A DNA stretch of 64,000 nt. Origin: Camelus dromedarius (lineage: Eukaryota). The position numbers were made by a program, and so were the translations under genes. Location: assembly GCF_036321535.1 (NCBI RefSeq), contig NC_087437.1:71798001-71862000 (forward strand), written 5' to 3'. Under the pieces are notes generated by a model. That model was given only the letters and a program-made list of their open reading frames with translations. It did not search any database and was not told the origin of the DNA. Shown piece after piece: positions 1 to 13,144 of the stretch (position 1 is its first letter; every line of letters starts with the position of its first letter).

Positions 1-342
1 CTCAAGGTCAGAAGACCCTTTATGTTTTGGTAAATCATGTCCGTGTCGGCACTAGCGAGCCTTACAGCTTATCAGGGCGGAATGTATGAGAAACGGCTGC
101 TTCACAATACTCTTCTTGGACTCAGGCGGCTTTGCCTGTCTTAGGTTGCCACCCTCTGGGGATCTTACCCGTCCTTGGCTAACCAGCCTTCTCACCTCTG
201 AGTCTGCAGCTTTTTATAACTTGTTTACCATTCTGGCCCAAGGCTCGTTACTTTGTTCCCACAGTTGGGGGCCTACAGTTAGTGTGATAATAGTGGAAAT
301 TAATATAGAGATACTGTATTGAATCTCATTCTATCACATATC

Positions 343-500
343 AGCATGTGACCTGAGACTTAACAGTTGTCACCTATAAAATGGAAACAATGGTTTCTAC
401 ATCGCAGGGGCTGGATCTCTTGAATGAGATAATGTACATAAAAGGGCTAGCACCAAGGACTGCTCAAAACGTCCATGCTAGTATTATAAGTACTACCATG
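343..500 (+). mobile_element. MIR SINE remnant
   Basis: tgtgacct...cacctataaaatgg...tgagataatgtacataaaag resembles MIR core; edges approximate. Confidence 0.6.
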
Positions 501-664
501 CTTATTAACACCATTAATTTCTACCTGGAGTCATTTCTCCCTGGAGCCCTAAGTGTAATGGAACCTTGCTAGAGAAGATCCACAAATCGTCATTAGTAAT
601 TCTAAAGCTCCAAAGTCCACACTTACAATATTACTACATTCCCCAACAAGTGGGGCTGCTTTTT

Positions 665-843
665 AATTTTTTTTAATTTTTCCAAATTTTTATTTATTTA
701 ATTTTTTTCCTGAAGATGTGATTTTCTTTTGGGGGGTAAGTCAGTTTGTTTGTTTGTTTATTTAATGGAGGTAGTGGGGATTGAGCCCAGGACCTCGTGT
801 GTGCTAAGCATGCACAATTCCACTGAGCTATCCCCTCCCCCAC
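665..843 (-). mobile_element. Young tRNA-derived SINE (camelid vic-1-like)
   Basis: Minus strand tagctcagtgg A-box and B-box-like gggctcaatccc, long A-rich tail, near-perfect TSD gggctRcttttt at 653-664 and 844-855. Confidence 0.85.
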
Positions 844-875
844 GGGCTACTTTTTTATTTTGACTGTCATTTCAG

Positions 876-1006
876 ATTGTGACATGGGTCTCTTTGAACT
901 GGCCATTCAACTTCGAGAGAAAAGGCTGGACATTGAAGAGGCCTTAGTTGAAGAAAAGAAAATTATTGATAACCTCAAAAAGGAATATGATACATTGTCC
1001 AAAAAA
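876..1006 (+). CDS. CFAP44: CFAP44 internal coding exon (6th from last); gene begins upstream of window
   Basis: ttcag acceptor, gtatgt donor; encodes [43 protein letters not shown], coiled-coil; phase joins next exon. Confidence 0.92.
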
Positions 1007-1204
1007 GTATGTTGGTCTGCCTTCTTCAGTTCTGTTTATCCTCTCCCCCAGCGCCACCTCCTTCTAGCTCTAACATTGCTATTTCGTAGCCGTGACATGA
1101 GTTAGGACTTCTTGTAAGAGAAGAGACTCCTCCAATGTTACATCCATTTACAGTTGTGGTGGGGGCCATTGCTTTTTTGATGGTTGAAACTTTCTTTAGC
1201 TAAA

Positions 1205-1474
1205 TCATTGACCCTCAAAAATTTTTTGATTACATACTTCTATAAGTTAAAAAATTGTGGAGCACATATACCTACAATAAATGTACATTTATTTATAGAT
1301 TATATTTGCAAACGATTGTTCTAATGTATTTTGTATATTATGACACATTTGCCAAAATGGAAATGAAAAAGAATAAGATAAAAATAAATAAAATCGAAAC
1401 TCTATTTTCTTTCTGGACCCCAGCAGATCACTTTGACATGCTGGGGGCACGTGTGTGCCATGTCAGAGACCACT
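1205..1474. mobile_element. hAT-Charlie MITE remnant (MER113-like)
   Basis: AT-rich body ending gagaccact; resembles recalled MER113 consensus. Confidence 0.55.
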
Positions 1475-2034
1475 AAGCTAAACTTTCTGTGTAATTATAT
1501 TGATTGATTTCTGCTATATCTGCTCAGTTTTCCTCTTAGGCACTCTTTCCTAGAGCAACATCACTTAACTTGACTCATACTCAGAAATATTTTTGATAGA
1601 TTGCTTCTCCTCTTGCAAAAAGGATATGATTTAGAAGATTTTCAAGTTTCGTAGGAGATGAAGCATGTGCTTTAGAAATACTATAGTGAGTAGTTTCATC
1701 ACTTTAAAAGGCTTTCTCCTCTAACTTATTGCGCTTATTATGACCCAATGAGATCTGAACCATTCCAGGGTGGGACATGTCTTCTGAGCTTTCATTCACA
1801 AAAACCTCTACAGCTCTGGGGTCACAGGAACGACTGAAAAAATGCTGTGGATCCTGACTTAGCTGGAAGGGAGTAACACACATTCCTGGGCTGCAAACTG
1901 ATCATCCATTTAATCACAGCCCAACACGGCAGACTCTGTCATGCTCTGGCTTCCTCCCAAATGGCTTCATTTACCACCCTGGGTATGTATTCACTGAATC
2001 TTGTTGACATCTCACACATGGGGCTTTTCCACAG

Positions 2035-2151
2035 GTGAAAATCGTGGCAACTAATCTGAACGCAGCAGAGGAGGCCCTGGAGGCTTATCAACGCGAGAAG
2101 CAGCAGCGGCTGAATGAACTACTGGTCGTGATTCCACTCAAGCTCCACCAG
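2035..2151 (+). CDS. CFAP44: CFAP44 coding exon (5th from last)
   Basis: ccacag/gtgagg; 117 nt; [39 protein letters not shown] (translated by hand, not in ORF track). Confidence 0.92.
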
Positions 2152-2288
2152 GTGAGGGGTCTGCACGGGTTGCCCCGCCCCATCTAAGCCACCATACCCA
2201 GGCTTTCCAGGGAAAGATTCATGGGCCACAAGTGGGGAGAAGTGCAGTCCTGTGCTGAGAATTCTACCTGTAGAGTGATGCCCCAACA

Positions 2289-2410
2289 TTTTTTTAAAAT
2301 AAATTTTATTTATTTCAATTATTATTCATTGAATGGAGCTATTGGGGATTGAACCTGGGACCTCGTTCATGCTAAGCATGCACTCTACCAGTGGGCTATA
2401 CCCTCCCCCC
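2289..2410 (-). mobile_element. Young tRNA-derived SINE (vic-1-like)
   Basis: ggggattgaacctgggacctcg...gctaagcatgcactctaccagtgggctatacc; T-rich tail; ccccaac flanks. Confidence 0.85.
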
Positions 2411-3175
2411 AACACCCCAACTTTTCCTTCTGAGATTGTTATGAAAGAGTAATATCAAAGCATGTCTATTTCCCTGGGGCCCATTATCACTTTGAAAGTT
2501 GAATCACCTCAAGTCTGAAGAAACGAGCCTGTGGCTTAAAGGAATGGCTTGGAGTTTGAAATCTTGGCTCTTGGTCACATGTCACTTTCACACCATCTTT
2601 AAATAGACATGAACTAAAGATGCAAGCATTACCTTCTCTTAATCTCTATTTGTTAATGAGGGAAGTTAAGATAAAAGGAAAATATTCTTTCTCTTTTTTT
2701 CTTCTCTTTGTCCATTTCTCTGTTTCACATGAACTACAACTTACATTAAAATGCCGAGATACGTACCAGTGAAGGCCAACTGTATTGTATTTGGTCAGGT
2801 AGAGACAAAGCGGTATTTTAGAAGAAAAACCTAAGTTCAGCCTTACATATCAGTTTGTAGAACCTGACCCAACCTGGATTAGCTATCTTTAGCAGTTTGC
2901 TTAACATGCCAACCCTGACATGTCTGTTCCATCCTTATGCGGTAGATACCAGGCATGGTCTACGTGGGAAGATTTGCTGTCCCCAGGGGGATATAATGTG
3001 GCTTCTTTTGAAAGAAGCTTCCTGCTTTTACCTTACTCGGGTGAGAGTTAGAAGGCCAAAGGTCGTGACCTAAACAAGGGGCAGAGTAAGAAGTGCTTCC
3101 CTTATGCTTTCTGTGAGTTTAACGTTTAGTTTGATCTTTGTCTGTTTGGGTTTGGGCTTGGTTTTGTTTCTGCAG

Positions 3176-3377
3176 ATAGAGCACGTGGTGTTTGGAGAGA
3201 TCCCTAGTGATCTTTCCGGAACGTTAGTCTTTTCTAACCGCTCCTTGGGACGGCTGCAAGAGCGAATCGTACACCTCCAGGAGGAGAATGCCAAGCAGCA
3301 AAAATTGAACAGAGAATGCCGGGAGAGGCGTAAACAGCTCATCCGAGAAAAGAGAGAGATGGCAAAAACTATTCAGA
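3176..3377 (+). CDS. CFAP44: CFAP44 coding exon (4th from last)
   Basis: ctgcag/gtgagt; [19 protein letters not shown]...KREMAKTIQ; ends phase 1. Confidence 0.93.
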
Positions 3378-3779
3378 GTGAGTAACCAAGCCCCTGGATT
3401 ACCTAGTAATATTTATTGATTAGAGAGGGAACGATCCAGCAACCATCTCCAACTTTGGAAAGAGTAAGTAATCACAGAATCAGAACCACTGAGAGGAAAT
3501 GCACCGTCTCAGCTTCCTACTTACTGTCTCTCCTGATTCTATCAAAGGGCCGCTCTTCTATTTTAAAAGGATATAGGTCTTTTGTCACAGAAACAATTTC
3601 TAGTAATTGTTAAAGGTTTTATTTATAATAAAATATAGAATCATATAACAGTCACCTGTGTACCTACTACCAGGCTTAAGAAATAAAACATTGAAGATAC
3701 AACTGAAGGCCCGTCTCCTTCCAATCTTGTTCCGCTGTCTCCTTCCCCAGGGTCCACCACTACGAGCACACATGTCTGT

Positions 3780-4840
3780 GTATGGATGGCCGCATCCACA
3801 CACAGTATATGAAATGCCTTTGCATGTTTTTAACTGTAATATTATTCACATCATTTTGCAGTTCACTTTATTAAACCAGTTTTTGAGAGTGACCCATATT
3901 GCTACAGATAATTAATTTATTCATTTTAACTGCTACCACAGTATTCCGTTGTAGGACGATAAAAGAGTTGATCTCTGTGGTCTCCTGTTGATGGATGTTT
4001 AGGGTATTTCTAATTTTTCAGGATTGTAGACAGTGTCACAGTGGGCCTTCTTGTGCACGTCTCCCTGTGCGTGTGCGGGAGGGGGTGAGTCCCCAGCACT
4101 GGGGTCTCTGGGTGAGAGCGGGTTGTATGCGTTTCCTCTCCTGGAACAAGGTTAAGTTGCCCTCCAGAGCGGCTGTGCTGTTTTCTCTCCCTGCTCGCTT
4201 TACATGCCAGTTTGCTTAACATGCCAACCCTGAAATGTCTGTTCCATCCTTATGCGATAGATACCAGGTATGCCGAGGTCCACAGTCTCAACAACACTCA
4301 GCACCACTAGGCTTTAGTATTTCCGCCAACCTGGTAGGTGTTAAAATTGTATTTCACTGTGATTTTTCTCCATTTCGTTGATTCCTTGAGGTTGAACATC
4401 TTCATGTACATTCATTAGTCATTTATTCATGTTTCCTTTCCTGAAAATTCCCTGTCATACATTTTGCCCAATTTTTTACTTCTGCTTTTTTATTTTTCTT
4501 ATTGATTGTAGAGTTCTTTTCTATTATCTGTCTTTCTCTTTCCATCAATGCATTTCAAATCTTTTCTAGTATGTCTTCCCTTTCTTCTATATTTAGTGTA
4601 TCTTTTTGGGATGCAGACGTTTTAAACCTTAATATAGTTTATTTTCTCAATCTGGTTATAGTTTGTGCATTTTGTGTGTGTGTGTCCTAAGAAATCCTTT
4701 CTGATTTTGAGGTCATAAAGATTTTTTTTATTGTTTCCTCTATTAGTAGTGCTTCTCATATTTATGTTCATAATTCACCTGGAATTGAGGTTTATAGTGT
4801 AAGATGTATAGCATGAAGACAGTTCTTTTAAAACACCTTT
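3780..4840 (-). mobile_element. Old L1 (L1M) fragments
   Basis: Typical antisense L1 motifs (tattccgttgt, ttgatggatgtttaggg, gaggttgaacatctt, aagaaatcctt); edges approximate. Confidence 0.65.
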
Positions 4841-4864
4841 TGAATATTTGATATATGGAACATA

Positions 4865-5030
4865 TGTGTAAGTGATGAAGTATTCTAGCTTTAATAACAA
4901 TAATATTACCTGTACTGTATAGCATCTACCTTAATGCTATAGAACTGTACACTGTAAAAAGACTAAAATGGCAGATTTTCATATGTATATTTTACCACAA
5001 TTAAAAACTAATATTTTTAAAAGAAAATTT
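4865..5030 (+). mobile_element. L1M 3' end fragment
   Basis: ttaatgctatagaactgtacact...tatattttaccacaattaaaaa. Confidence 0.65.
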
Positions 5031-7227
5031 GAAAGAAAAAAATGGGAAGACTGTAGTGGTTGGTCAGTCCAAGTTGCTTAGATTTGTAGAGGCCAGTTTC
5101 CAATGAGTGCTGATGGTTCTGCCCTCATGGGTGGCTGGATTATACAATTTAAAAATACATGTTGCAACTCTATGTTTGAATAACACTTATTTGAGGCGGA
5201 GTTATCTCAGGTACAAGCCTGAGGCTCCAGTCTTTCTCACGTATTTCACATTCCTTTGGCTTCTGTAGCCTGACTGTTGTTTATGTTTGGAAATATTACT
5301 CGTCAAACCAAGGAACAAACTCGTATGAAAATGAAGAAAGAAGCTTATTTCCATTTGAGTAAACTCTCAGTTTGGAAAAATGTGTGAAGAGGATGAAATG
5401 AAGTGTTCAAATTTTGGAATGTTAGTTGAAATTAAAAATAGTTCTATGTGGTGCAAGCTTTATTCAATGACTTTCAGTTCTCCCAACCCCAGTTCATTTT
5501 CTGAAAGTGTGTTGTGAGTCTGGTTAGAGACTCATTTCCTAATTCTGAAGGTGAACCTAGGAGAGGGTTCCTTTCCTGTAACTCAGAGAACAAAGGCTTA
5601 ACAGTGATGAGAAACCCTGCAGTCACTCGTTGTTCCCCACCCCCAGACCCAGTGGGAAAGAAGAGAGTCTAGAGCATAGGGGTGGGAAGGTAAGTTCTCT
5701 CCGTCAAGGAGGGCACAGCTTGCAGCCATGGGAGTGTAGGATGGTGAGTGTTCCAGAAGCCTGTGTGTCCCCAGTGAACACTAACCAGCCCAGTCAAGTC
5801 AAGAGAAGCGTATTAGGCTGGCTGCAAAGTGGGAAGGGCAAGGACCAGAGTACCTGTCCTAGTACGTGGGGCTGTCAGGTAGAGGGCACCCCCTCATATG
5901 GGACTAGCTGGGGGAAGTCAAGGTTCTTACCGAGGGAGGCCAAGCAGGCAGCTACAGGCTAGCCACACACGTGCAGATAATCCAATCACCGTTTCACTTG
6001 TGTCACTGATTATCATGGCCACCAACATTCCACAAAAGCATGGAGGCACCACACACAAAGAACAGAAATGAAAAGCCCTCCCTGGATTGTGCAGAATGGC
6101 AGCCATGCCAATTGTACCATTATTATTCAGCCATAACGGTTATACCTGAATACAAATTTCTGTACCATAACAGAATTACATCATCTTTTTTATACCTTAG
6201 GACCTTCAGACTTCACTTATGGGACTCTGGTGACTGAGAGAAACTTGTAACAAGATTACATCTTCTTGGGGAGCTCAGACTCCATAGATGGAATTTTCTC
6301 CAGGTGTCCCACTGTTGGCATATTGAGGAAAGACAATAAACAAAAGTACAATATATTGCATGTTAGCTGGAGATAATTGTTAAGAGAAAATTTAAAGGGG
6401 CCTGGGAAAGAGTGCTGAGGTCTGTAGGAGGCCAGGGAAGAGCTCCCTGGAAAAGTGACAGACTTGCTAAGATGTGGTCCTCCCTGGTTCAAGGACAAGG
6501 ACCTGCTCTTGGTTACACCATCAGAAATGAATGTTTTGGAAATGAGTCTTTTTATCAGTCTCACAATTTGTTTTCAGAAAATGGGCTGTGTGGAGTGAAC
6601 CATGTGGCCAACTGGGGAAGAGAATTCCAGACAGTGGAATTGCAGAGAATTCCAGATGAGAATACTGGAGTGAGCCTGGAATGCTTGAGAAGCAAAAAGG
6701 TGTAAGTGAGGAGAAAGGTGTGGGAAGGAGATGGCAGAAAATAGGGGCAGAGCAGGCCAGACCAGGTAGGACCTTCTGAACCACCGCAAAGATTTTAATA
6801 TTTTCACTTGCAGTAAGATGGAAACCTCTGTTAAGTGCTGTTCTATTCTTAACACAAGATGTCGTAGAGATCAGTAACCAAAGAAATTAAGAACTCAAGA
6901 GTCCATAACCCAGCTGGGGCCTATTGATAGTCTGAGGAGAGGCAGATCAGAGTGTCTAAGCCAGTGGGGAAGGATGAGTCCACTGCATGCAGGAATTTGA
7001 AGGAATTTCATAGGAATCTGAAGCAGATGAGAAGACAGTAAGTCATGTGCATTTTAAGTAAGAAAATAGTAGGTTTTCTCTGAAAAGTAACAGGAAAGAC
7101 CAGCTGGTAACAAATCTTTCCCATCTTCTTGCAAAAGCTCTTCCCTAGAATGGCATTGGTGTTGGGATTGTTCATTGAACAACAGTGGGAGCTGCTGAGC
7201 AACCTGACAGGGACTGTCTTCTTTTAG

Positions 7228-7388
7228 AAATGGAAGAAACAGTTAGTCAACTAATGATCAGCAAGTTTGGCCGTGTGATAAACCTAGAAGCCCTTCAGAC
7301 ACTTTCTGTGAATATGACACTTGAAGAACTGAAGATTAAAAAACTCCGAAAGGAGCTAGCAAACGCAAAGGAGATGAAGATGTGGGAG
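7228..7388 (+). CDS. CFAP44: CFAP44 coding exon (3rd from last)
   Basis: ttttag/gtaagg; starts phase 1; [24 protein letters not shown]...KEMKMWE. Confidence 0.93.
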
Positions 7389-8553
7389 GTAAGGATGAGA
7401 GGGCAGGTGACCTACTTTGGGTCAGTATGGGTGGAGGCAAGAAGTCCTGGTGAGCTGTAAGTGTTTCCCATGAGGCATCTGTACTGCTGGAGTTGGGTCC
7501 ATGAGCCTCATGTGGCTCCCCCGTGATCTGAAGCCTGTCTGTTTCCTTACCGTTCACTTAGTTGGAAGGACTTGTCTATCTTGGGATGAAAGCATCAGCA
7601 CTGAGGTTTGGGGGCCAGGATTCATGTAAATATCATGGCAAAGTGGCATGAAAGATTACAGAAAGACTCCACTTGGAGGTCTACAGCAATGTACAAATGC
7701 TCTGATGGTGTCAGGATCCTCAGAGTATAGCAGGTCACTTCTGATTGTATTATTCCACATAGCTTTTGCATGCTGTTTCCATCTGGAAAGTACAACACAT
7801 CTCTAAGTAATACATTTTATAACAAGGTATATACTGTTTAGCCGGCAGGGTCTTAGAAAATGTTAAATGTCTACGCTGTTCTCGGAACCGTAAGATGAGG
7901 CAGTGCCCCAGTTACAGCCTGATTTTATAAGCCCACACATCATTATGGCTTCTCCAGTTTTCTGTCTTACTGGCAGGAAGGGAAGGAGGAGAGGTTCCTA
8001 GTGCTATCTTATCTTTTCTTATACAAGATTTGCACTATACCAGGAAGACGCAAATTGTTTAAGTGTTCGCATCCATGGGACTTGGTCCCTATCGGAGTTT
8101 TGGAGATAACATGTGCAATCTAAAATCATCTGTTGGAGCAATAAAAGAACAAAGGAAAGCCACTGGCAGATGTATGGCCATTCAAGCCGGTCACCTTGAG
8201 GATCCTGGAAGGCTAGGGAAAGAACAATATAGTAAAGTTTCCTGCTTAAGGGACCTTTCTCCCTTTTAATTAGCGAATACCAGCACTCTGTACACGTACT
8301 AAGTTCATGCCTCAACAATGGAGTGATATCTGTGTCTGTCTTATTTTTATCTACTTCCATCCTACTTAATGTTCTTTTCTCTAATCAAACCAGACCCAAT
8401 GCAGTTGCTTTTGATTGTATTATTGGCTTATTATGTTTCCCTATATGCCTATCACTCCGTTTGCTTGATGGTTTGGATCAAAGCCAGACATGCATTTTTC
8501 TCTATTTCCTCTCTCATTCACTTAATCCATTTTGCATCTCCCTGCCCTGGTAG

Positions 8554-8688
8554 GAAAAGATTGCTCAAATGCGATGGGAATTGATGATGAAGACCAAAGA
8601 ACACACCAAAAAGCTTCATCAGATGAATGATTTATGTATTGAAAAGAAGCAGCTTGATTCTCAGCTGAATACACTACAGAACCAGCAG
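8554..8688 (+). CDS. CFAP44: CFAP44 penultimate coding exon
   Basis: tag/gtatgt; 135 nt; [23 protein letters not shown]...LQNQQ. Confidence 0.92.
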
Positions 8689-9315
8689 GTATGTTCCTTT
8701 TCTGCAGACGCTCTGTCAGAATCAAGGACATTCTGTAAAGGTAGTTATTCTCAGGAATATCAAGTGCTGGCTTTTAAACAAGCCTTGATCTTGGAACATT
8801 TCTGGCCCACTGGGGTCCCTGAGGACACTGAGCTAGTACTGGTACATTGCAAGGATCCTGCGCGACTAGCCTTACTGTCCCTCTTGGGTGCCATGAATTT
8901 ATATACGTACCAATTTTGGGAAGTGCCTTGGGCCCTAGAGAGGTAAGGTTATTTAGGTATAAATAATGAGACCAGCATGCTCCCTGAATTTGGTGTCAAA
9001 ACATCCAGTATCAGTTACTTCATTTGCCCTAAAGTGGGCGTCCTGAATTGACACTTGTTACTTTTTTTATGGCTTTCAACTTGCTCTTATACAGTATTTA
9101 CCCAGCCTAGCAGAGTGGTACTTAATACATAACATGTGGTGGATAATACTTACTTAACAGAGTTTCACCCCCTAGGGACCTAGCACATTTGTGGCATTTT
9201 CTGAACTATATGCCGTAATCTTATGGTAGTATCTGCAAAAATGTTGGGTTCCCCCTCCTCTCACGCTACGAGTTTTCTTTATGTTTCCTTTAGGCGCCTT
9301 GGAAATGGTTTAAGT

Positions 9316-9497
9316 CAGGGGTTCTCAAAACGTGCTCCCCTGAAGAACAGCGTCCGCACCACGGGGGCACTTGTCAGAGATGCAGGCTTGGGCCCCACCC
9401 AGAGCAACTGAATCGGCAGCTCTGCGGGAGGGGCCGGGCAGTCCACCGAACCTGCCTTCTGGGTGATTCTGCCGCGTGCTGGAGTTGAGATCCCCGG
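9316..9497. mobile_element. MER5A-like hAT-Charlie MITE
   Basis: caggggttctcaaa...ggccccaccc...actgaatc...gggtgattct...ttgaga; about 180 bp. Confidence 0.75.
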
Positions 9498-10244
9498 TCT
9501 AAGCACAAGTTCAGAAGAAACGATGAATAAGAGGCTTTGGGAGGTTTAGAGTTAGAATGAGATGGGAGAGGAAGTCTAGTCTGAATAGCAAGGGCCCTTG
9601 GTTGGTCCACTGAAGCGTTTCTGTGGGAGACGGTGAGCTCCGTGTCCTTCCGCTCCGCCTCCCTGAAGCCCCTGCTCCACTGAGGAATTTTCGAGTGAAG
9701 AGTCAAGGCGCTGCTCGTGAAGGCTGCTGCCTTGAAAAGTCTTCACAGAGTGTTTAGTAAAGTCTGTCGACGTGGTGTGCTTTGCTAAGTCCAGATACAC
9801 TGGAAAGAGTTTGGAGGCAACAGATCAATTGAATGGGAAAAGAAATTAATAGTATGGATCTCTTTACATAGTATGTCTTTACATATATATTTTAACCTGT
9901 ATCGTCTCTTCCCACTGGCTATCTCATTTAATCCTCAAAATAACCACTCTCCACAGCTCAGAGTAGGTGAGTCACGTGCCCATGCTCTCAGGGCTGGAGC
10001 TGGGGGAGTTCACTCTTAAACTGAGGTCTGTCTGCCTCCAAAGCTTACGCCACTGCTATTATTCTTATCATAGTCTAGTCACGAATGGGGGTGTAGACGG
10101 CAAAGATGAAAGGCCAAGGGCCAAAGACATTTATAAGTAAGAATAGCCAAAGTCTGTTTGGATATGGTGACAAGAATGAGGGAAAATCTAAGGTGACCTC
10201 AGAGGGACGGGCATGAACTGGGGTGTGAGTGGGGCATACACATA

Positions 10245-10590
10245 GCTGTACGTAACCAAAAGCCCCCGGAGAGTAACTTAAACAAATCGGGGTTGTTTTC
10301 CTCACTTCACAGGAAGTCTGCAGGAGATGACGGGCTTTGGCTCAGTGGGCCTGTGATGTCAGGGCCAGGACCTCTGTGATTCTCTCCCTGATTCTTTGGT
10401 GTTTCCTCTGGAGTCACAGCTCTGTTCCATGGTCAAATGCCAGCCTCTCGTGTCCCTCATTAAGAAAGCCAGTGCTTTCTACTATGTCTACTTAGCCACT
10501 CCAAGCTGGAAGAGAGGCTGGGTAAGGCTAGTGTTTAGCTTTCGTGGCCTCTCAAGTGAAAGTGCGCTGAGAAGAGGCAGAGGCACTGGG
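10245..10590. mobile_element. MaLR LTR remnant (MLT1J-like)
   Basis: cttaaacaaa...ggaagtctg...gccactccaagctggaagagaggctggg. Confidence 0.55.
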
Positions 10591-10995
10591 CACAGGGAAC
10601 CCCTGCTTCCTAGGAAGGGCTGCGCAGTAAGTGGGGTGATGGGTGAATTATGGACTTTTGGCTTCAGGTAACCTGGTTCTAATGCTGCTTCCAGCCCTTC
10701 GTATTACAGTGACTTGGGCCAGCTCATGAATCTGTCAGCTTCCGTATCTTTACAGCTGGAGTAACACTGCCCTGTTCAGAGCCGTAAGGGTTCTAAGAGC
10801 ACATGTAAGCACCTGGCACAGAGCTGGTACTAGGTCTTACGTCCCTCCCTTTAACGTGCATTCAGATTTATCGAGCATCCACTTCCATGACAAGCTCTGG
10901 GGCAGGTGCTGGCAGGGTGGTGAGGTCCAGGCATACCCGGCCCTACCTCTCAGGCACAGGATCCAGCAAGACAGACAGACACATCAAACAAGCAT

Positions 10996-11108
10996 TTAGT
11001 TTGAACTGTATGAAACTACAACTTTTTAGTCAAATAGTCTAGACTATTCGTAGTTTAGACTACAACAAAATAGTCAAATATCACAAATTTCAAATGATTC
11101 CGTCTAAT
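10996..11108. mobile_element. Mariner-derived palindromic MITE (MADE2-like)
   Basis: Degenerate TIRs ttagtttgaactgtatgaaa and tttcaaatgattccgtctaa. Confidence 0.5.
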
Positions 11109-11594
11109 AACTAGTGACGTGGGATGGATGATTTGATAGAACAGAGCGTGGGAAATTCTAACCTAGTCCATGGGGTAAAGCAGGCCTCCCTAAAGTGATG
11201 TCCGAAGCATGAGCAGGACTTAGCTGGGCAGGGGAAGACGTCAGATGAGGAAATAAATTTCTATTCTGGAAAACAACATGGGGCTGTATAGGAAAAGGAG
11301 GTATCTTGTCTTTTATAATTCTAGCGATGAATCCTGTCGGGTCTGAATGACTGAGAGCTATGTTAATGAATTACCCTCTTACTGGGGACTTGCATTTTCA
11401 GAGTTGTTTATTAGCCAGAGGGATATATTTCCAATGGTAGGATTTCAGTGGAGGAACTGAGTGCTTCTTAAAAATAAGAAGTGATGGTTATTTAAATGGA
11501 CTGTAAGGCAGACACACCTAACAGACTTACTAAGACAGGGAAATCTCCATATTCCAAACGAGGCTTAAAGCAGGGAGGTGTTTTCTCTCAACAG

Positions 11595-11768
11595 GGCAAT
11601 GTCTTCCAGAGCCTTCGGAAAGCAGATATTGTGGCAAAAGAGAAGGTCACTGAATTGATCCAAGTCCAGGCAGAAAGGATTTTGGCCTTAAAGGAAGAGA
11701 TCGCTGTTTTGCGTAAGAAAGGTGGCCTTATCCTCCCACCCATTCATCCTCCGCCAGACAATGTATGA
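11595..11768 (+). CDS. CFAP44: CFAP44 terminal coding exon
   Basis: caacag acceptor; [13 protein letters not shown]...[18 protein letters not shown] then TGA; known tail-to-tail synteny of CFAP44 with BOC. Confidence 0.92.
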   Translation, partial: GNVFQSLRKADIVAKEKVTELIQVQAERILALKEEIAVLRKKGGLILPPIHPPPDNV

Positions 11769-12123
11769 AGCCCTGGGGCCTTTTATTTTGCTTTTATCCT
11801 ACTGTTTTAAAGTGAACTTATTTAAAAGCTGAAAACCAGATCCAGTCATGTCGTTTTAATAATTTTTCCCCACTTGGTTGTCTTAGAACTGACTGTAGTG
11901 CCCAACACCTCCTTGTTATTGAACTGAACCATTTTCCATGTGTTTGGAACCAACTGGATCGAATATGAAGTCTCAGAAGGCTGTACCTCAAATCGCCAGA
12001 AAGCGCCTGTAATATATCCTGCTTTAGGAAACTTGTTTTGTAGTTATCTGAATTTTCAGTCTTTGACAAGAAAATCTATCATTCAAAGTAAACCTCCTTT
12101 TCTCAATCATTGGATCCTTGGAA

Positions 12124-12129
12124 AATAAA
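12124..12129 (+). terminator. Candidate proximal poly(A) signal of CFAP44 (second AATAAA at 12319-12324)
   Basis: First plus-strand AATAAA I noted after the stop codon. Confidence 0.45.
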
Positions 12130-13144
12130 CTTTGAGGTTACCAGGTGTTCTCAAGAGAAAGAGACGAAATATTTTGCCAACCATATCTGGGAGAAAAAGA
12201 AATGCAAATTAGAATTTTGACATTGTTAACTTCAGAAAGCCGTTATTCGAGGGCTCAGGCTTCAGGAAATGCAGACCGATAGAGCAGAGCAGTTTGCTTT
12301 AGACTGGCAGAAAGAAAAAATAAATCAGCTTCTGAATCACCTATGGTTTTAGCAATCTCCTCAGCTCCGGGTGGAGCAGAGAAGTGTGTTTTGCAAAATG
12401 GTTAAGAAGGAGGCTTTTCTCCAAAGATGTCTGCAGCTCTACCAGTATTCTAAGTATTTCCTGTAGTTTCTCACATCCTGTGCTGTTTTCTTTCAGGTTC
12501 TACTTGAGTCATTTGCTGGTTTTGATATAGATCAGGAACTAGATTCCATCACTCTGAGAGACCGCCTCTAACAGTCACTTTCGATTGTACCTAACATTGT
12601 AAACTAATTTGAGAGCATTCTTTTGGCTTGGGGGTAAGTGGTCATTGGATTCATTTAAAAATGATTTCACTGATATTTGAATTCCCGTTGGTAAGAGAAC
12701 ATAGCACTGGCAATTCTGTGCTCTGTGGATCCACTGAACCGAGATGTCCTGAGGCTGTCCCAGAATAGGACTTGGTTACTGAGAGGGAAAGGTAAAGGAG
12801 GCAGTATTGCACCAGTGTAGAAGGTGACTCAGCAATGTCCAGTCTTCCTAACCTGTGGCTAGTCTGCTCATCTGCCCCCCAAAATTATAGACAGGACTTG
12901 GGTTCTTGGTAGGTTGGAATATGTATGTTAGATGGGGCCACTTGGCCCATTGTGTCTCTAAGATCCTTTCGTATTCCTACTTAAGAGGTCTAAACAGCTT
13001 ATCATTTGTGCTCATCACCACAGATCTCTGAAGGAGTGGCTTCTCCACTGGAGAGCACCCTTCATCACGTTCTCTGCTGTACGCCCAAGACTGTGTGTCC
13101 TTCCAGCATTTAAAAAAAATGTGCTAGTCATAGCTCTGAGTGCT

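Noticed and set aside
770..843. tRNA-like sequences as real tRNA genes
   Set aside because: A-rich tails, TSDs and mutual divergence identify them as SINEs
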